The position numbers and the translations under genes are program-made. This document shows, one piece after another, positions 21,353-31,521 of a stretch of DNA of 64,000 nt (positions are counted from its first letter, which is position 1; each line of letters begins with the position of its first letter). The DNA comes from an uncultured Clostridia bacterium. GTDB lineage: Bacteria > Bacillota > Clostridia > TANB77 > CAG-508. The notes under the pieces were generated by a model that was not told where the DNA came from, did no database searches, and saw nothing but the letters and a program-made list of their open reading frames with translations. The stretch covers positions 23,166 to 87,165 of the forward strand of contig CAUWGC010000007.1 in assembly GCA_963558405.1 (NCBI GenBank), read 5' to 3'.

Positions 21353-22558
21353 ATGAAGCACAAATATATAAATATTTTTATAATTTTTTGGATAATTGCA
21401 ATTATTATACTTTTTGTATATTCAAATATTATTGTAAAAGAAGTAAGTTATGCTACTTATGCAGAAGAAAAACAAAATATTTATCAAGAGCCTAATAGTA
21501 CAATTCCTGATATTCAAAAAATAATAGAACAAAACACAAAAGAAAATAATGATAAAAGAGAGGAAATAATAAAAGAAGAGTTTGATTTAGAATATATAAC
21601 TAAGTATCAAAATAATAATCAACTTTCTAAAAATACAATTAGAGTAATACAAGAAGGAAGTATAGGAAGGCAGCAAAATATTATAAAAAAAATATACGAA
21701 AAAGATACATTAATAAGTGAAGAACAAATTGGAACAGTAATAATAAAACCAGCTATTCCTAAAATTGTAGAAATAGGAACTGGAAGTAGTAAAAAAGAGT
21801 ATACAGTAAAAAAAGGAGATACTTTATATGTAACATCAGAACTTTTAAGTATAAGAGAAGAACCAACAGAAATATCTGAAAAAATAATAACTATTCAAAA
21901 AAATGAAGAAGTAGTAGTTATTGAATTAGGTGATACATTTTATAAAGTAAAATACAAAAATTTTACAGGATATGTACAAAAAGATTGTTTAACAAACCAA
22001 AAAGAATTAGATTCTAATCTAATTGAAGAAACAGAAGAAAGTAAAAGTTCACAAGAGTTATTAAAAAAATTAAGTAAGGATATGGAATTAAATAAAAAAA
22101 GTGGACTTTCTTTGGAACAATTTCAAAAAGTATTATCAGATAATAAAGATGTAAACAATGTATTTAAAGATAATGCACAATATTTTTATTATATTGAAAA
22201 AGAATATAATATTAATGGAATATTTGTAGCAGCAGTAGGAATTCATGAAAGCGGATGGGGTACATCTTCTATTTCTTTAAGAACAAAAAATCTTTTTGGA
22301 TATGGTGCTTATGATAGAAATCCAGGAGAAAATGCATATACATTTGATACATATGCAGAAGGAATAGATTTATTAGCTAGAGTATTTACAAAATATTATA
22401 TAAATCCAAAAGGAACACCTATTTATGGAGGTGAAAAAGCAGTTGCTAGCCATTATTATGGTTCTACTGTTGAAGCAGTAAATAATGACTATGCTACAGA
22501 TAAAGGATGGGCAAATAAGGTATATAATATTATGAGTTATTTATATAATAAATTATAA
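21353..22558 (+). CDS. membrane-anchored peptidoglycan hydrolase with G5, SH3b and GH73 glucosaminidase domains
   Basis: N-terminal TM; IQEG...PKIVEIGT (G5); LSIREEP...GYV (SH3b); HESGWG, NLFG, YATD (GH73). Confidence 0.85.
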   Translation: MKHKYINIFIIFWIIAIIILFVYSNIIVKEVSYATYAEEKQNIYQEPNSTIPDIQKIIEQNTKENNDKREEIIKEEFDLEYITKYQNNNQLSKNTIRVIQEGSIGRQQNIIKKIYEKDTLISEEQIGTVIIKPAIPKIVEIGTGSSKKEYTVKKGDTLYVTSELLSIREEPTEISEKIITIQKNEEVVVIELGDTFYKVKYKNFTGYVQKDCLTNQKELDSNLIEETEESKSSQELLKKLSKDMELNKKSGLSLEQFQKVLSDNKDVNNVFKDNAQYFYYIEKEYNINGIFVAAVGIHESGWGTSSISLRTKNLFGYGAYDRNPGENAYTFDTYAEGIDLLARVFTKYYINPKGTPIYGGEKAVASHYYGSTVEAVNNDYATDKGWANKVYNIMSYLYNKL

Positions 22559-22585
22559 GGTTAGTTATAATGTAGGAGAAAAATT

Positions 22586-23437
22586 ATGTTATTTGAAAAT
22601 AAAAAAACTAGAGTTTTAGCTTTTGTAGGACCTTCGGGAACAGGAAAAAGTTATAGAGCACAAATGGTTGCTAGTGAAAATAATATTAATTATATTATAG
22701 ACGATGGATTATTAATAAGAGGAAATGAAGTAATTGCAGGTGTTTCAGCAAAAAAAGCACCTACTAAAATAGAAACAGTAAAACAAGCTTTATTTTTGCA
22801 ACAAGAAAAAAGAGATGCTGTAAAAAAAGCAATAAAAAAATATAGACCAGAAGGAATACTGATATTAGGAACATCTGATAAAATGGTAAAAGAAATAGCA
22901 TCTAATTTAGGATTACCTGAAATAGAAAAAATTATTTATATAACTGAAGTAGCAACAGAAGCCGAAATGGAAACAGCAAGAAGAATACGTGTTACACAGG
23001 GAAAACATGTTATACCAGTTCCAACATTTGAAATAAAAAAAGATTTTTCAGGATATATATTAGATCCATTGCAGATATTTAGATTTAGAAGCGGAAGTAA
23101 ACCATACATATCAGAAAAATCAATTATAAGACCTACTTTCAGTTATTTAGGAAATTTTACAATATCTGATACAGTGTTTAGACAAATAATAGAATATTTA
23201 GCAAAAAAAACTCCTGCTATTTATAGAATATTAAAAGTAAGAATTGAAAATTATGGCGAAGGACCATATATTTATATGGAAGTTTCAATTGTATTTGGCA
23301 ATAATGTAATTACAACATTAAGTGAATTTAGAAATAGATGTGTAAAAGAAATTGAAAATGCAACAACAATGAATGTACAAAAAATAGAAGTTATAGCTAA
23401 AGAAATTTATGTTCCTAAAAAAGAAGAAAATAAATAA
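22586..23437 (+). CDS. P-loop protein fused to an Asp23/Gls24-like domain
   Basis: GPSGTGKS Walker A, IIDDGLL; Asp23-like C-terminus (FTISDTV...V.KIEV). Confidence 0.75.
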   Translation: MLFENKKTRVLAFVGPSGTGKSYRAQMVASENNINYIIDDGLLIRGNEVIAGVSAKKAPTKIETVKQALFLQQEKRDAVKKAIKKYRPEGILILGTSDKMVKEIASNLGLPEIEKIIYITEVATEAEMETARRIRVTQGKHVIPVPTFEIKKDFSGYILDPLQIFRFRSGSKPYISEKSIIRPTFSYLGNFTISDTVFRQIIEYLAKKTPAIYRILKVRIENYGEGPYIYMEVSIVFGNNVITTLSEFRNRCVKEIENATTMNVQKIEVIAKEIYVPKKEENK

Positions 23438-23455
23438 TATTGGAGGAAAAAAGAA

Positions 23456-24127
23456 ATGTCTTTTATTATAGCAATTGATGGTCCAGCAGGTACTGGAAAA
23501 GGTACTATTACAAAATTATTAGCAGAAAAATTAAATTTAGTAAATATAGATACAGGAGCTACATATCGTTCAGTGGCATTGGCAATGTTACAAGAAAAAA
23601 TAAATTTGAATGAAATAGAAAAAGTAGAAAAGCTTTTGGAAAATATAAAAATAGAATTAAAAAAAATAAATGGAGAAGATAAAGTATTTTTAAATGGAGA
23701 AGATGTAACAACCAAAATTCGTAATGAAGATGTAACAGCCTTTGTGTCACAAGTATCTGCAATTAAATGTGTTAGATTAAAAATGGTAGATTTGCAAAGA
23801 AAAATGGCAGAAGGAAAAGATGTAATAATGGAAGGCAGAGATATTGGAACATATGTATTTCCAAATGCTGATATTAAATTCTATATTGATGCCGATGTAG
23901 AAGAAAGAGCTAGAAGAAGATACGAACAAAACAAAAGTAAAGGAATAGATATATCATATGAAAATGTTTTAGAAAATTTAAAATTTAGAGACGAAAATGA
24001 TAAAAATAAAGAAATGGGAGCATTAAAAGTTGCTAAAGATGCTATTGTAATTGACACAACTAATATGACTATTGATGAGGAAATAAATAAAATAATTAAG
24101 CAAATAAAAGAAAAAAGGAAGGAATAA
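23456..24127 (+). CDS. cmk: cytidylate kinase
   Basis: IAIDGPAGTGKGT, DTGATYR, EGRDIGT. Confidence 0.95.
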   Translation: MSFIIAIDGPAGTGKGTITKLLAEKLNLVNIDTGATYRSVALAMLQEKINLNEIEKVEKLLENIKIELKKINGEDKVFLNGEDVTTKIRNEDVTAFVSQVSAIKCVRLKMVDLQRKMAEGKDVIMEGRDIGTYVFPNADIKFYIDADVEERARRRYEQNKSKGIDISYENVLENLKFRDENDKNKEMGALKVAKDAIVIDTTNMTIDEEINKIIKQIKEKRKE

Positions 24128-24129
24128 AA

Positions 24130-24816
24130 ATGGAAGAACAAAAAGATAATAAAACAGTAAAAAAAATGACAAAAGAAGAAAGAAAAGAAAAAAAAATATA
24201 TTCTGTTAGAAAAGAAACAAAATGGAAAGCTTTTTTAAGATGTATTATTAAAAATTTGATTAATGGTTTTTACCATATAGTATTTAGAATAAAAATTGTA
24301 GGAGAACCAGTACCAAAAGAAGGAGCATATATTATTTGCGCAAACCACATTAACTATTTTGATGCTGTAGCAGTGGTAACATCAAATAAAAGAAGAGTAT
24401 ATTTTATAGCAAAGGAAGATTTATTTCATAACGGATTTTTAAATTGGCTTGCACATATATTTGATGTTATTCCAGTAAAAAGAGGAAAACAGGATTTGGA
24501 ATCAATGAAACGTTCTTTAGCAGTTTTAAAAAGAGGCGATTTATTAGGACTTTTTCCAGAAGGAACAAGAAAAGGAATTGCTAAAAACGGAAAAATAAAA
24601 AATGGTGCAGCGTTTATGGCACTTAGAACTGGAGTTCCAGTAATCCCATTAGGAATACAAGGTACATTTAAACCATTTAAAAAGACAATATTAAATTATG
24701 GAAAGCCACTAGATTTTAGCAAATATCAAAGTAAAACACCAGATAAAGAAGTTTTAGAAGAGGTATCAAATGAAATTATGAACAATATTATTATGTTGAC
24801 AAATGAAGGAAAGTGA
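24130..24816 (+). CDS. plsC: 1-acyl-sn-glycerol-3-phosphate acyltransferase
   Basis: NHxxxxD and FPEGTR motifs. Confidence 0.9.
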   Translation: MEEQKDNKTVKKMTKEERKEKKIYSVRKETKWKAFLRCIIKNLINGFYHIVFRIKIVGEPVPKEGAYIICANHINYFDAVAVVTSNKRRVYFIAKEDLFHNGFLNWLAHIFDVIPVKRGKQDLESMKRSLAVLKRGDLLGLFPEGTRKGIAKNGKIKNGAAFMALRTGVPVIPLGIQGTFKPFKKTILNYGKPLDFSKYQSKTPDKEVLEEVSNEIMNNIIMLTNEGK

Positions 24817-24824
24817 TATATAAT
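24796..24824 (+). promoter_or_regulatory. consensus sigmaA promoter for the S1/typA genes, inside the plsC 3' end
   Basis: TTGACA-17-TATAAT. Confidence 0.7.
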
Positions 24825-24881
24825 AAAAGGCGTTTTAAATAAACGTCTTTTATAAGTATTTTAATAGAAAAAGGTGAAAAG

Positions 24882-25961
24882 ATGGAAAACAAAAATCAAG
24901 AAATAAGCTTTAAAGAATTATTTGAAAATTCTTTAAAAGAAGATAAAAAAATAGAAAAGACTGTAACTGGAACTATTATCGAAATTAATAGAAAAGGTGA
25001 AATTTTTGTAGATTTAGACTATAAAGCAGACGGAATAATACCAAAAGAAGAACAAATAGAAGGTAAAGATTTTAAAGTTGGAGAACAAATTACTTGTGAC
25101 GTTTTAAAAATGAATGATGGTTTTGGTAATGTTCTATTATCATATAAAAGATATAAATCAAGAAATGCAAAAAAAGAATTTGAACAAAAAGTAGAAAATA
25201 ATGAAATTTTTGAAGAAAAGATTACAGAAGTTACAGAAAAAGGATTTGTTATACTTCTAGATGGAATTAGAATTTTTATTCCTTTTTCTCTTGCTGGATT
25301 AAATAAAGGAGAAAATGAAAAAGAATATTTAGGAAAAACTGTACGTTTTCGCATTGTTGAACAAGATTTAAAAACAAGAAGAATTATAGGATCAATAAAA
25401 GCTGTTTTAGAAGAAGAAAATGAACAAAAACAAAAAGAATTTTGGGAAAATGTAAAAGTTGGAAATGAATACATTGGAATAGTAAACAGTATAAGTAGTT
25501 ATGGAGCTTTTATAGAAATAGGACCTGTTAAAGGTTTATTACATATTTCTGAAATGGCATGGGGTAGAAATGAAAAACCAGAAGACATTTTAAAACAAGG
25601 TCAAGAAGTTAAAGTTTCCGTTAAAGCAGTAGACAAAGAAAACAAACGTATAATGCTTACATATAAAGAAAAAGGTCCAAATCCTTGGGAAAAAATAAAT
25701 GAAAAATACAATATTAATGATATTGTAAAAGTAAAAATTGTAAAAATAATGCCATTTGGAGCATTTGCAGAATTAGAAAAAGGAATAGAAGGACTTATAC
25801 ATATTTCACAAATTACAGAAAGAAGAATTACAAAACCAGAAGAAGAATTGCAAGTTGGAAATATAGTTAATGCAAAAATAATAGACTTAGATACAGAAAA
25901 TAAAAAATTAGAATTGTCAATAAAAGAGTTAGAAGGAACTTCTAACGAATATAAAGAATAA
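24882..25961 (+). CDS. rpsA: ribosomal protein S1-like protein with four S1 domains
   Basis: Repeated S1 motifs (YGAFIE..GLLHISE; FGAFAE..GLIHISQ); located after cmk-plsC. Confidence 0.85.
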   Translation: MENKNQEISFKELFENSLKEDKKIEKTVTGTIIEINRKGEIFVDLDYKADGIIPKEEQIEGKDFKVGEQITCDVLKMNDGFGNVLLSYKRYKSRNAKKEFEQKVENNEIFEEKITEVTEKGFVILLDGIRIFIPFSLAGLNKGENEKEYLGKTVRFRIVEQDLKTRRIIGSIKAVLEEENEQKQKEFWENVKVGNEYIGIVNSISSYGAFIEIGPVKGLLHISEMAWGRNEKPEDILKQGQEVKVSVKAVDKENKRIMLTYKEKGPNPWEKINEKYNINDIVKVKIVKIMPFGAFAELEKGIEGLIHISQITERRITKPEEELQVGNIVNAKIIDLDTENKKLELSIKELEGTSNEYKE

Positions 25962-25992
25962 AACAATAAATAAAGAAATAGGGGTAATTAAA

Positions 25993-27816
25993 ATGTATAA
26001 CAAAAATATTAGAAATGTTGCAATAATTGCACACGTTGACCATGGAAAAACAACATTAGTAGATGCTATGTTAAGACAAAGTCATGTATTTAGAGAAAAC
26101 GAACAAGTACAAGAAAGAGTAATGGATTCAAACGACTTAGAAAAAGAAAGAGGAATTACAATTCTTTCAAAAAACACATCTGTTATGTACAATGGAATTA
26201 AAATTAATATTGTAGATACTCCAGGACATGCTGATTTTGGAGGAGAAGTAGAAAGAGTACTAAAAATGGTAGATGGTGTAGTTCTACTTGCAGATGCATT
26301 TGAAGGAGTTATGCCACAAACAAGAGAAGTATTAAAAAAATCATTGGCATTAAATCTAAAACCTATTGTTGTTATTAACAAAATAGATAGACCAGGAGCA
26401 ACACCTTTAAAAGTAGTTGATGAAATTTTAGATTTATTTATTGATTTAAATGCAACTGATGAACAACTAGAATTTCCTGTAGTATATGCATCAGGAAAAA
26501 ATGGATATGCAAAAATGAATTTAGAAGACGAATCTGACAACTTAACATGTCTATTTGATACTATTGTAAATACTATAAATCCACCACAATGTGAACAAGA
26601 AGGACCAGCTCAAATGCTAGTTTCAAACATAGATTATGATGACTATTTAGGAAGAATTGGTGTTGGTAGAGTAGAAAGAGGTACAATAAAAGCTGGTATG
26701 ACAGTTGCAATATGCAAAAAGGAAGACAAAGTTATAACAGGTAAAATAGCAAAACTATATACTTATGAAGGACTTAAAAAAGTAGAAAAAGAAGAAGTTG
26801 GAGCAGGAGACATTATCTCTTTTGCTGGAATTAGCGATTTAAGTATTGGAGACACAATTTGTGATCCAGATCATATAGAAAAAATACCTTTTGTTGATAT
26901 TGACGAACCAACAGTATCTATGACATTTAGTGTTAATGATGGACCTTTTGCAGGAAAAGAAGGACAATTTGTAACATCTAGACATTTAAGAGATCGTCTA
27001 TTTAAAGAACTAGAAAGAAATGTAAGTTTAAGAGTAAAAGAAACAGACAGAGCAGAAAGTTTTGAAGTATCTGGTCGTGGAGAACTACATTTATCTGTTT
27101 TAATAGAAACTATGAGAAGAGAAGGATTTGAACTTTTAGTATCTAGACCAAAAGTTATTATAAAAGAAATAGACGGTGTTAAATGTGAACCAATGGAAAA
27201 ACTAGTAGTAAACGTACCAGAAGATTGCATTGGAAATGTAATAGAAAAATTAGGAAGAAGAAAAGGCGAAATGGTAAACATGGAACCAGCAGAAGCAGGA
27301 CATACAAAGGTAGAATTTAGAATTCCAGCAAGAGGATTAATTGGATACAGAACAGAATTTATGACAGATACAAAAGGAAATGGAACAATGAATAGTGTTT
27401 TTGATGGATATGAACCATATAAAGGTGAAATTCAATCTAGAACAAGAGGAACAATTGTAGCGTTTGAACAAGGAACATCAATAACTTACGGATTATACAA
27501 TGCACAAGAAAGAGGAGAACTATTTATTGGTGCTGGAGTAGACGTTTATGAAGGTATGATAGTAGGATTGAACTCTAGAAATGAAGATATTTCTATAAAT
27601 GTATGTAAAGAAAAACACTTAACAAATACTAGAGCATCTGGTTCAGATGATGCACTTAGATTGGTTCCACCAATTGAATTTTCATTAGAAAAAGCAATTG
27701 AATTTATTGCAGATGATGAATTGGTAGAAGTTACACCAAAAAACATTCGTTTAAGAAAGAAAATATTAGATACAAAAACAAGAGAGAGAATGACAAACAG
27801 AGCAAAGAAAAATTAA
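25993..27816 (+). CDS. typA: translational GTPase TypA/BipA
   Basis: AHVDHGKTT, ERGITI, DTPGHADF, GRGELHL, EVTPKNIRLRK. Confidence 0.97.
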   Translation: MYNKNIRNVAIIAHVDHGKTTLVDAMLRQSHVFRENEQVQERVMDSNDLEKERGITILSKNTSVMYNGIKINIVDTPGHADFGGEVERVLKMVDGVVLLADAFEGVMPQTREVLKKSLALNLKPIVVINKIDRPGATPLKVVDEILDLFIDLNATDEQLEFPVVYASGKNGYAKMNLEDESDNLTCLFDTIVNTINPPQCEQEGPAQMLVSNIDYDDYLGRIGVGRVERGTIKAGMTVAICKKEDKVITGKIAKLYTYEGLKKVEKEEVGAGDIISFAGISDLSIGDTICDPDHIEKIPFVDIDEPTVSMTFSVNDGPFAGKEGQFVTSRHLRDRLFKELERNVSLRVKETDRAESFEVSGRGELHLSVLIETMRREGFELLVSRPKVIIKEIDGVKCEPMEKLVVNVPEDCIGNVIEKLGRRKGEMVNMEPAEAGHTKVEFRIPARGLIGYRTEFMTDTKGNGTMNSVFDGYEPYKGEIQSRTRGTIVAFEQGTSITYGLYNAQERGELFIGAGVDVYEGMIVGLNSRNEDISINVCKEKHLTNTRASGSDDALRLVPPIEFSLEKAIEFIADDELVEVTPKNIRLRKKILDTKTRERMTNRAKKN

Positions 27817-27822
27817 AACTAA

Positions 27823-27904
27823 AACCCCTTTAGATAAATAATCTAAAGGGGTTAAAAAAATAGTAGATAAATTAAAAATAGACCACTTTTTAGTGGTCTA
27901 TTTT
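27823..27904. terminator. two hairpin terminators between convergent typA and LCP genes
   Basis: AACCCCTTTAGAT/ATCTAAAGGGGTT and AAAATAGACCACT/AGTGGTCTATTTT. Confidence 0.7.
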
Positions 27905-27907
27905 AAA

Positions 27908-28909
27908 CTATAAATCATATCCAGTTTTTTTGATAATTTTATCACTAATTCTTTTTACGGTATCAGATGGTTCATAATTTTCTTCATTAAATAATTCTTT
28001 ATGAAGTCTTTTTACATTTTCCTCCAAAGTAACAGGAACTCCATACCATAAATCTAAAGTAATACCTTTTGTAACATAAGGCCAACCATAACTTTCACCT
28101 ACATTGTAAGACATAATATCTGGTATTAAAGAAAGAATTTCTCCACTACTAATATTTGTACGAACATGTGGTAACATAGTATCTGCTAAAGAATTTAATT
28201 GACTAATACTTAATGTTTTTGCTTTTTCAAATACAGCTGTAAGAACATCTCTCATACGTTCAGTACGTTTATAATCACTATCAATTTTTCTAATTCTGGC
28301 ATAAGCTAAAGCTTGAGTGCCATTTAAAGTATATGTACCAGCAGAACTAATTCCAGGAATTTGAGTCGCTTCTGCTGATGTAACAGACATTTTAATTCCA
28401 CCAATAGCATCTACTACTGTTTTAACAGTATCAAAGTTTACTGTAACATATTCAGTAATATTTAAGTCTAAATTTTTATTTATACTATTTAAAGCAAGTT
28501 TAGGACCACCATAAGCATAAGCATGTGTAATCTTAGTTAAACTATCATCAACCTCTAAATAAGTATCACGATAAATAGAAAGTAATCTTACATCTTTAGT
28601 TTTTTCATTAATACTTACAATAATAATACAATCACTTCTAGAACCTTCAAAAGTATCACTTCTTGCGTCAATACCTAATAAAGCTATATTACGATAACCA
28701 GATAATTTTTCTTCTACACCGGAATTTACTTCAATTTGATCAGATGTTAGTTCTTTGTCATAATCTACTTTTCCTAATTTATCTGTAACATACCAATAAC
28801 CAGCAGCTAAGACACCTCCAAATATAATTAATAAAATAAGTAGAATAATCAAAAATACTTTTAAAAATACAGATTTTTTTGTTTTTACTTTTGTTTTTTT
28901 CTCGCTCAA
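27908..28909 (-). CDS. LCP (LytR-CpsA-Psr) family glycopolymer ligase
   Basis: N-terminal TM; NIALLGID, RSD, SIYRD, ALAYARIR, D..R..R. Confidence 0.92.
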   Translation of the reverse strand: MSEKKTKVKTKKSVFLKVFLIILLILLIIFGGVLAAGYWYVTDKLGKVDYDKELTSDQIEVNSGVEEKLSGYRNIALLGIDARSDTFEGSRSDCIIIVSINEKTKDVRLLSIYRDTYLEVDDSLTKITHAYAYGGPKLALNSINKNLDLNITEYVTVNFDTVKTVVDAIGGIKMSVTSAEATQIPGISSAGTYTLNGTQALAYARIRKIDSDYKRTERMRDVLTAVFEKAKTLSISQLNSLADTMLPHVRTNISSGEILSLIPDIMSYNVGESYGWPYVTKGITLDLWYGVPVTLEENVKRLHKELFNEENYEPSDTVKRISDKIIKKTGYDL

Positions 28910-29037
28910 AATAATTTCCCTCTTTCTATTTTAAATTTAATAATATATATTATATACATTAAATAATAAAAAGTAAAGAAATAAATTATGAAAATTATTA
29001 ATAAAAATGTAAAAATTGGAATAGAAAAGAAAAAAGG

Positions 29038-29098
29038 TAAAATAAAATAAAATAAAATAAAAGATTTTGTTGCAAAAAAAAATATGATGAGATATAAT
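29038..29098 (+). promoter_or_regulatory. promoter of the polysaccharide operon, with (TAAAA)5 upstream and an A9 tract
   Basis: TTGCAA(29070)-17-TATAAT(29093). Confidence 0.6.
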
Positions 29099-29130
29099 TA
29101 AGAAGATTAAAAAAGAAGGGGTAATTTAAA

Positions 29131-31029
29131 GTGAATAATACTTCAGAAGAACAAAAAAATATAAAAGTTGAAAAAAAAATCCATCGAAAAATTAGAAAAG
29201 TTATACTTAGGATAATAGATGTTTTAGCAATTATGCTTGCATACTATTTAACTCAAATTTTTTTAACAAATACATTCTGGAATTATAATTATGACTTAAT
29301 TCAATCAATTATAAATACAATTATTATTTCAATTATAGTATATCAAGCTTTTTTACAATTATTTGATGTATATAAAAATATTACAATATATGAAAGTAGT
29401 AAAGAATATTTTACATATGGACTTGCGTGTCTGATATCATGTGATGTGGTATCAATGTTGGGAATAATATTTAATTTAAATATATTAAGTGCAAAAGAAA
29501 ATTTATTGGCTGGTATTCTTACAGGAATTATTATTATTTCATATAGAGTGGTAATTCGTTTTATACTAACAAATAGCATTATGGTAAAACCAAATGAAGA
29601 CAAAAGAAGAAACCTTCTTATTATTGGAGGAGGAGCTGCAACAAGAGATATTGTCAAAAAAATAAAAGAAAGTATGCAGGATAGTTACTATGTTGTAGGT
29701 ATTATTGATGATGATAAAAGCAAATTAAATTGTAGTATTCAGGGAGTAAAGATATTAGGAAATAGAAATGATATTATAGAAATATCAAAAAAATATAATG
29801 TTGATGTAATATTTTTCTCTATTTCTAGTATAAATCCAAAAGATAAAAAGGATATATTAAATATATGTCAAAATACAGGTGCAAAATTAAGAATATTACC
29901 TAGTACAGAAGACTTAATAAAAAATAAAAATATAATGGAAAATTTAAGAGATGTTGAAATTGAAGACATACTTGGAAGAGAACCAATTGTATTAGATAAT
30001 AACAACATTGGAAGTTTAATAGAAGGTCATACTGTAATGGTAACTGGTGGCGGTGGATCAATAGGCTCAGAACTATGTAGACAAATAATGAAGTATAACC
30101 CAAAAGAACTTGTTATTGTTGATATTTATGAGAACAATTTATATGATATAGAATTGGAATTAAAAGCAAAATATAAAAAAGCTAAAATAGATGCTATAGT
30201 TGCAAGTGTAAGGGATAAGAAAAAGTTAGACAGTTTATTTGATACTTATAGACCATATTTGGTATTCCATGCAGCAGCTCATAAGCATGTGCCTTTAATG
30301 GAAACAAGCCCATTAGAAGCTATAAAAAATAACGTATTTGGTACATATAATGTAGTAAATTGTTGTGATAAATATAAAGTAAAAAGATTTGTACTTATTT
30401 CTACAGATAAAGCAGTAAATCCAACTAATATTATGGGAGCAACAAAAAGAATGTGCGAAATGATTGTTCAGGCCAAAAATAGAGGCAGTGAAACAGAATT
30501 TGCAGCAGTTAGATTTGGAAATGTATTAGGAAGTAATGGGTCAGTAGTACCACTATTTAAAAAACAAATAGCAGCCGGAGGACCTGTAACAGTTACACAT
30601 AAAGAAATTACAAGATTTTTTATGACAATTCCGGAAGCAGTACAATTGGTTTTACAGGCAATTACATATGCTAAAGGTGGAGAAATATTTGTTTTAGATA
30701 TGGGAGAACCAGTCAAAATATATGATTTAGCTGTTAGTTTGATAAAATTATCGGGATTAGAACCTAACGTGGATATTCCAATAGAAGTAACGGGATTACG
30801 TCCAGGAGAAAAATTATATGAGGAATTATTAATGTCAGAAGAAGGATTACAAAAAACTGAACATAACAAAATTTTTATTGCGGAACCATTAGATATAACA
30901 ATGGAAGATATAGAAAATAAATTAGAAAAATTAGGTAATATTATTCAAAATGAAAATACATCTATAAAAGATATAAAAACTACAATAAAGGAAGTTGTTC
31001 CAACATATAAAGAAGAAAAATTACACTAA
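29131..31029 (+). CDS. UDP-GlcNAc 4,6-dehydratase (CapD/PglF type)
   Basis: N-terminal TMs; GGGGSIGSEL, HAAAHKHVP, STDKAVNPTNIMGATK, RFGNVLGS. Confidence 0.93.
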   Translation: MNNTSEEQKNIKVEKKIHRKIRKVILRIIDVLAIMLAYYLTQIFLTNTFWNYNYDLIQSIINTIIISIIVYQAFLQLFDVYKNITIYESSKEYFTYGLACLISCDVVSMLGIIFNLNILSAKENLLAGILTGIIIISYRVVIRFILTNSIMVKPNEDKRRNLLIIGGGAATRDIVKKIKESMQDSYYVVGIIDDDKSKLNCSIQGVKILGNRNDIIEISKKYNVDVIFFSISSINPKDKKDILNICQNTGAKLRILPSTEDLIKNKNIMENLRDVEIEDILGREPIVLDNNNIGSLIEGHTVMVTGGGGSIGSELCRQIMKYNPKELVIVDIYENNLYDIELELKAKYKKAKIDAIVASVRDKKKLDSLFDTYRPYLVFHAAAHKHVPLMETSPLEAIKNNVFGTYNVVNCCDKYKVKRFVLISTDKAVNPTNIMGATKRMCEMIVQAKNRGSETEFAAVRFGNVLGSNGSVVPLFKKQIAAGGPVTVTHKEITRFFMTIPEAVQLVLQAITYAKGGEIFVLDMGEPVKIYDLAVSLIKLSGLEPNVDIPIEVTGLRPGEKLYEELLMSEEGLQKTEHNKIFIAEPLDITMEDIENKLEKLGNIIQNENTSIKDIKTTIKEVVPTYKEEKLH

Positions 31030-31040
31030 GAGGTATTAAA

Positions 31041-31517
31041 ATGAAAAAAATAATATTTAGAATTATTATTGTTATACTGTTAGGAATAACTTGTGGAGGT
31101 ATTTTTTACTTTTCTCATCAACCAGCGGACAAATCAGATAATACAAGTGGAGAAGTAATAAAAGTAATAATAAATACGTTTTCATATACTAGAAATTTAG
31201 ATCAACATCAAAAAAAAATATTGCAAGATAGAATGCAACCTATCATTAGAAAATTGGCACATTTTTCAATCTATACTATTGTAGGGGTATTAATAATGAC
31301 TTTTTCTAGTACTTTTGATTGGAGATTAATAAATAAGTTAAGTGTGAGCATAGGATTTGGAATTATATATGCTATTTCAGACGAAATACATCAATATTTT
31401 ATACCAGGTAGAAGTTGTCAGATAACAGATGTATTAATAGATTTATTAGGAATAGTATTTGGAATTACATTTGTTACTATTATAAATAAATATAATAAAA
31501 TTAATAAGGAGGAATAA
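31041..31517 (+). CDS. VanZ-family membrane protein
   Basis: IRKLAHF..Y, DEIHQYFIPGR...DV. Confidence 0.88.
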   Translation: MKKIIFRIIIVILLGITCGGIFYFSHQPADKSDNTSGEVIKVIINTFSYTRNLDQHQKKILQDRMQPIIRKLAHFSIYTIVGVLIMTFSSTFDWRLINKLSVSIGFGIIYAISDEIHQYFIPGRSCQITDVLIDLLGIVFGITFVTIINKYNKINKEE

Positions 31518-31521
31518 TAGA

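Noticed and set aside
31041-31517. VanZ as a glycopeptide-resistance determinant
   Set aside because: No van cluster; VanZ-family genes are common in polysaccharide loci
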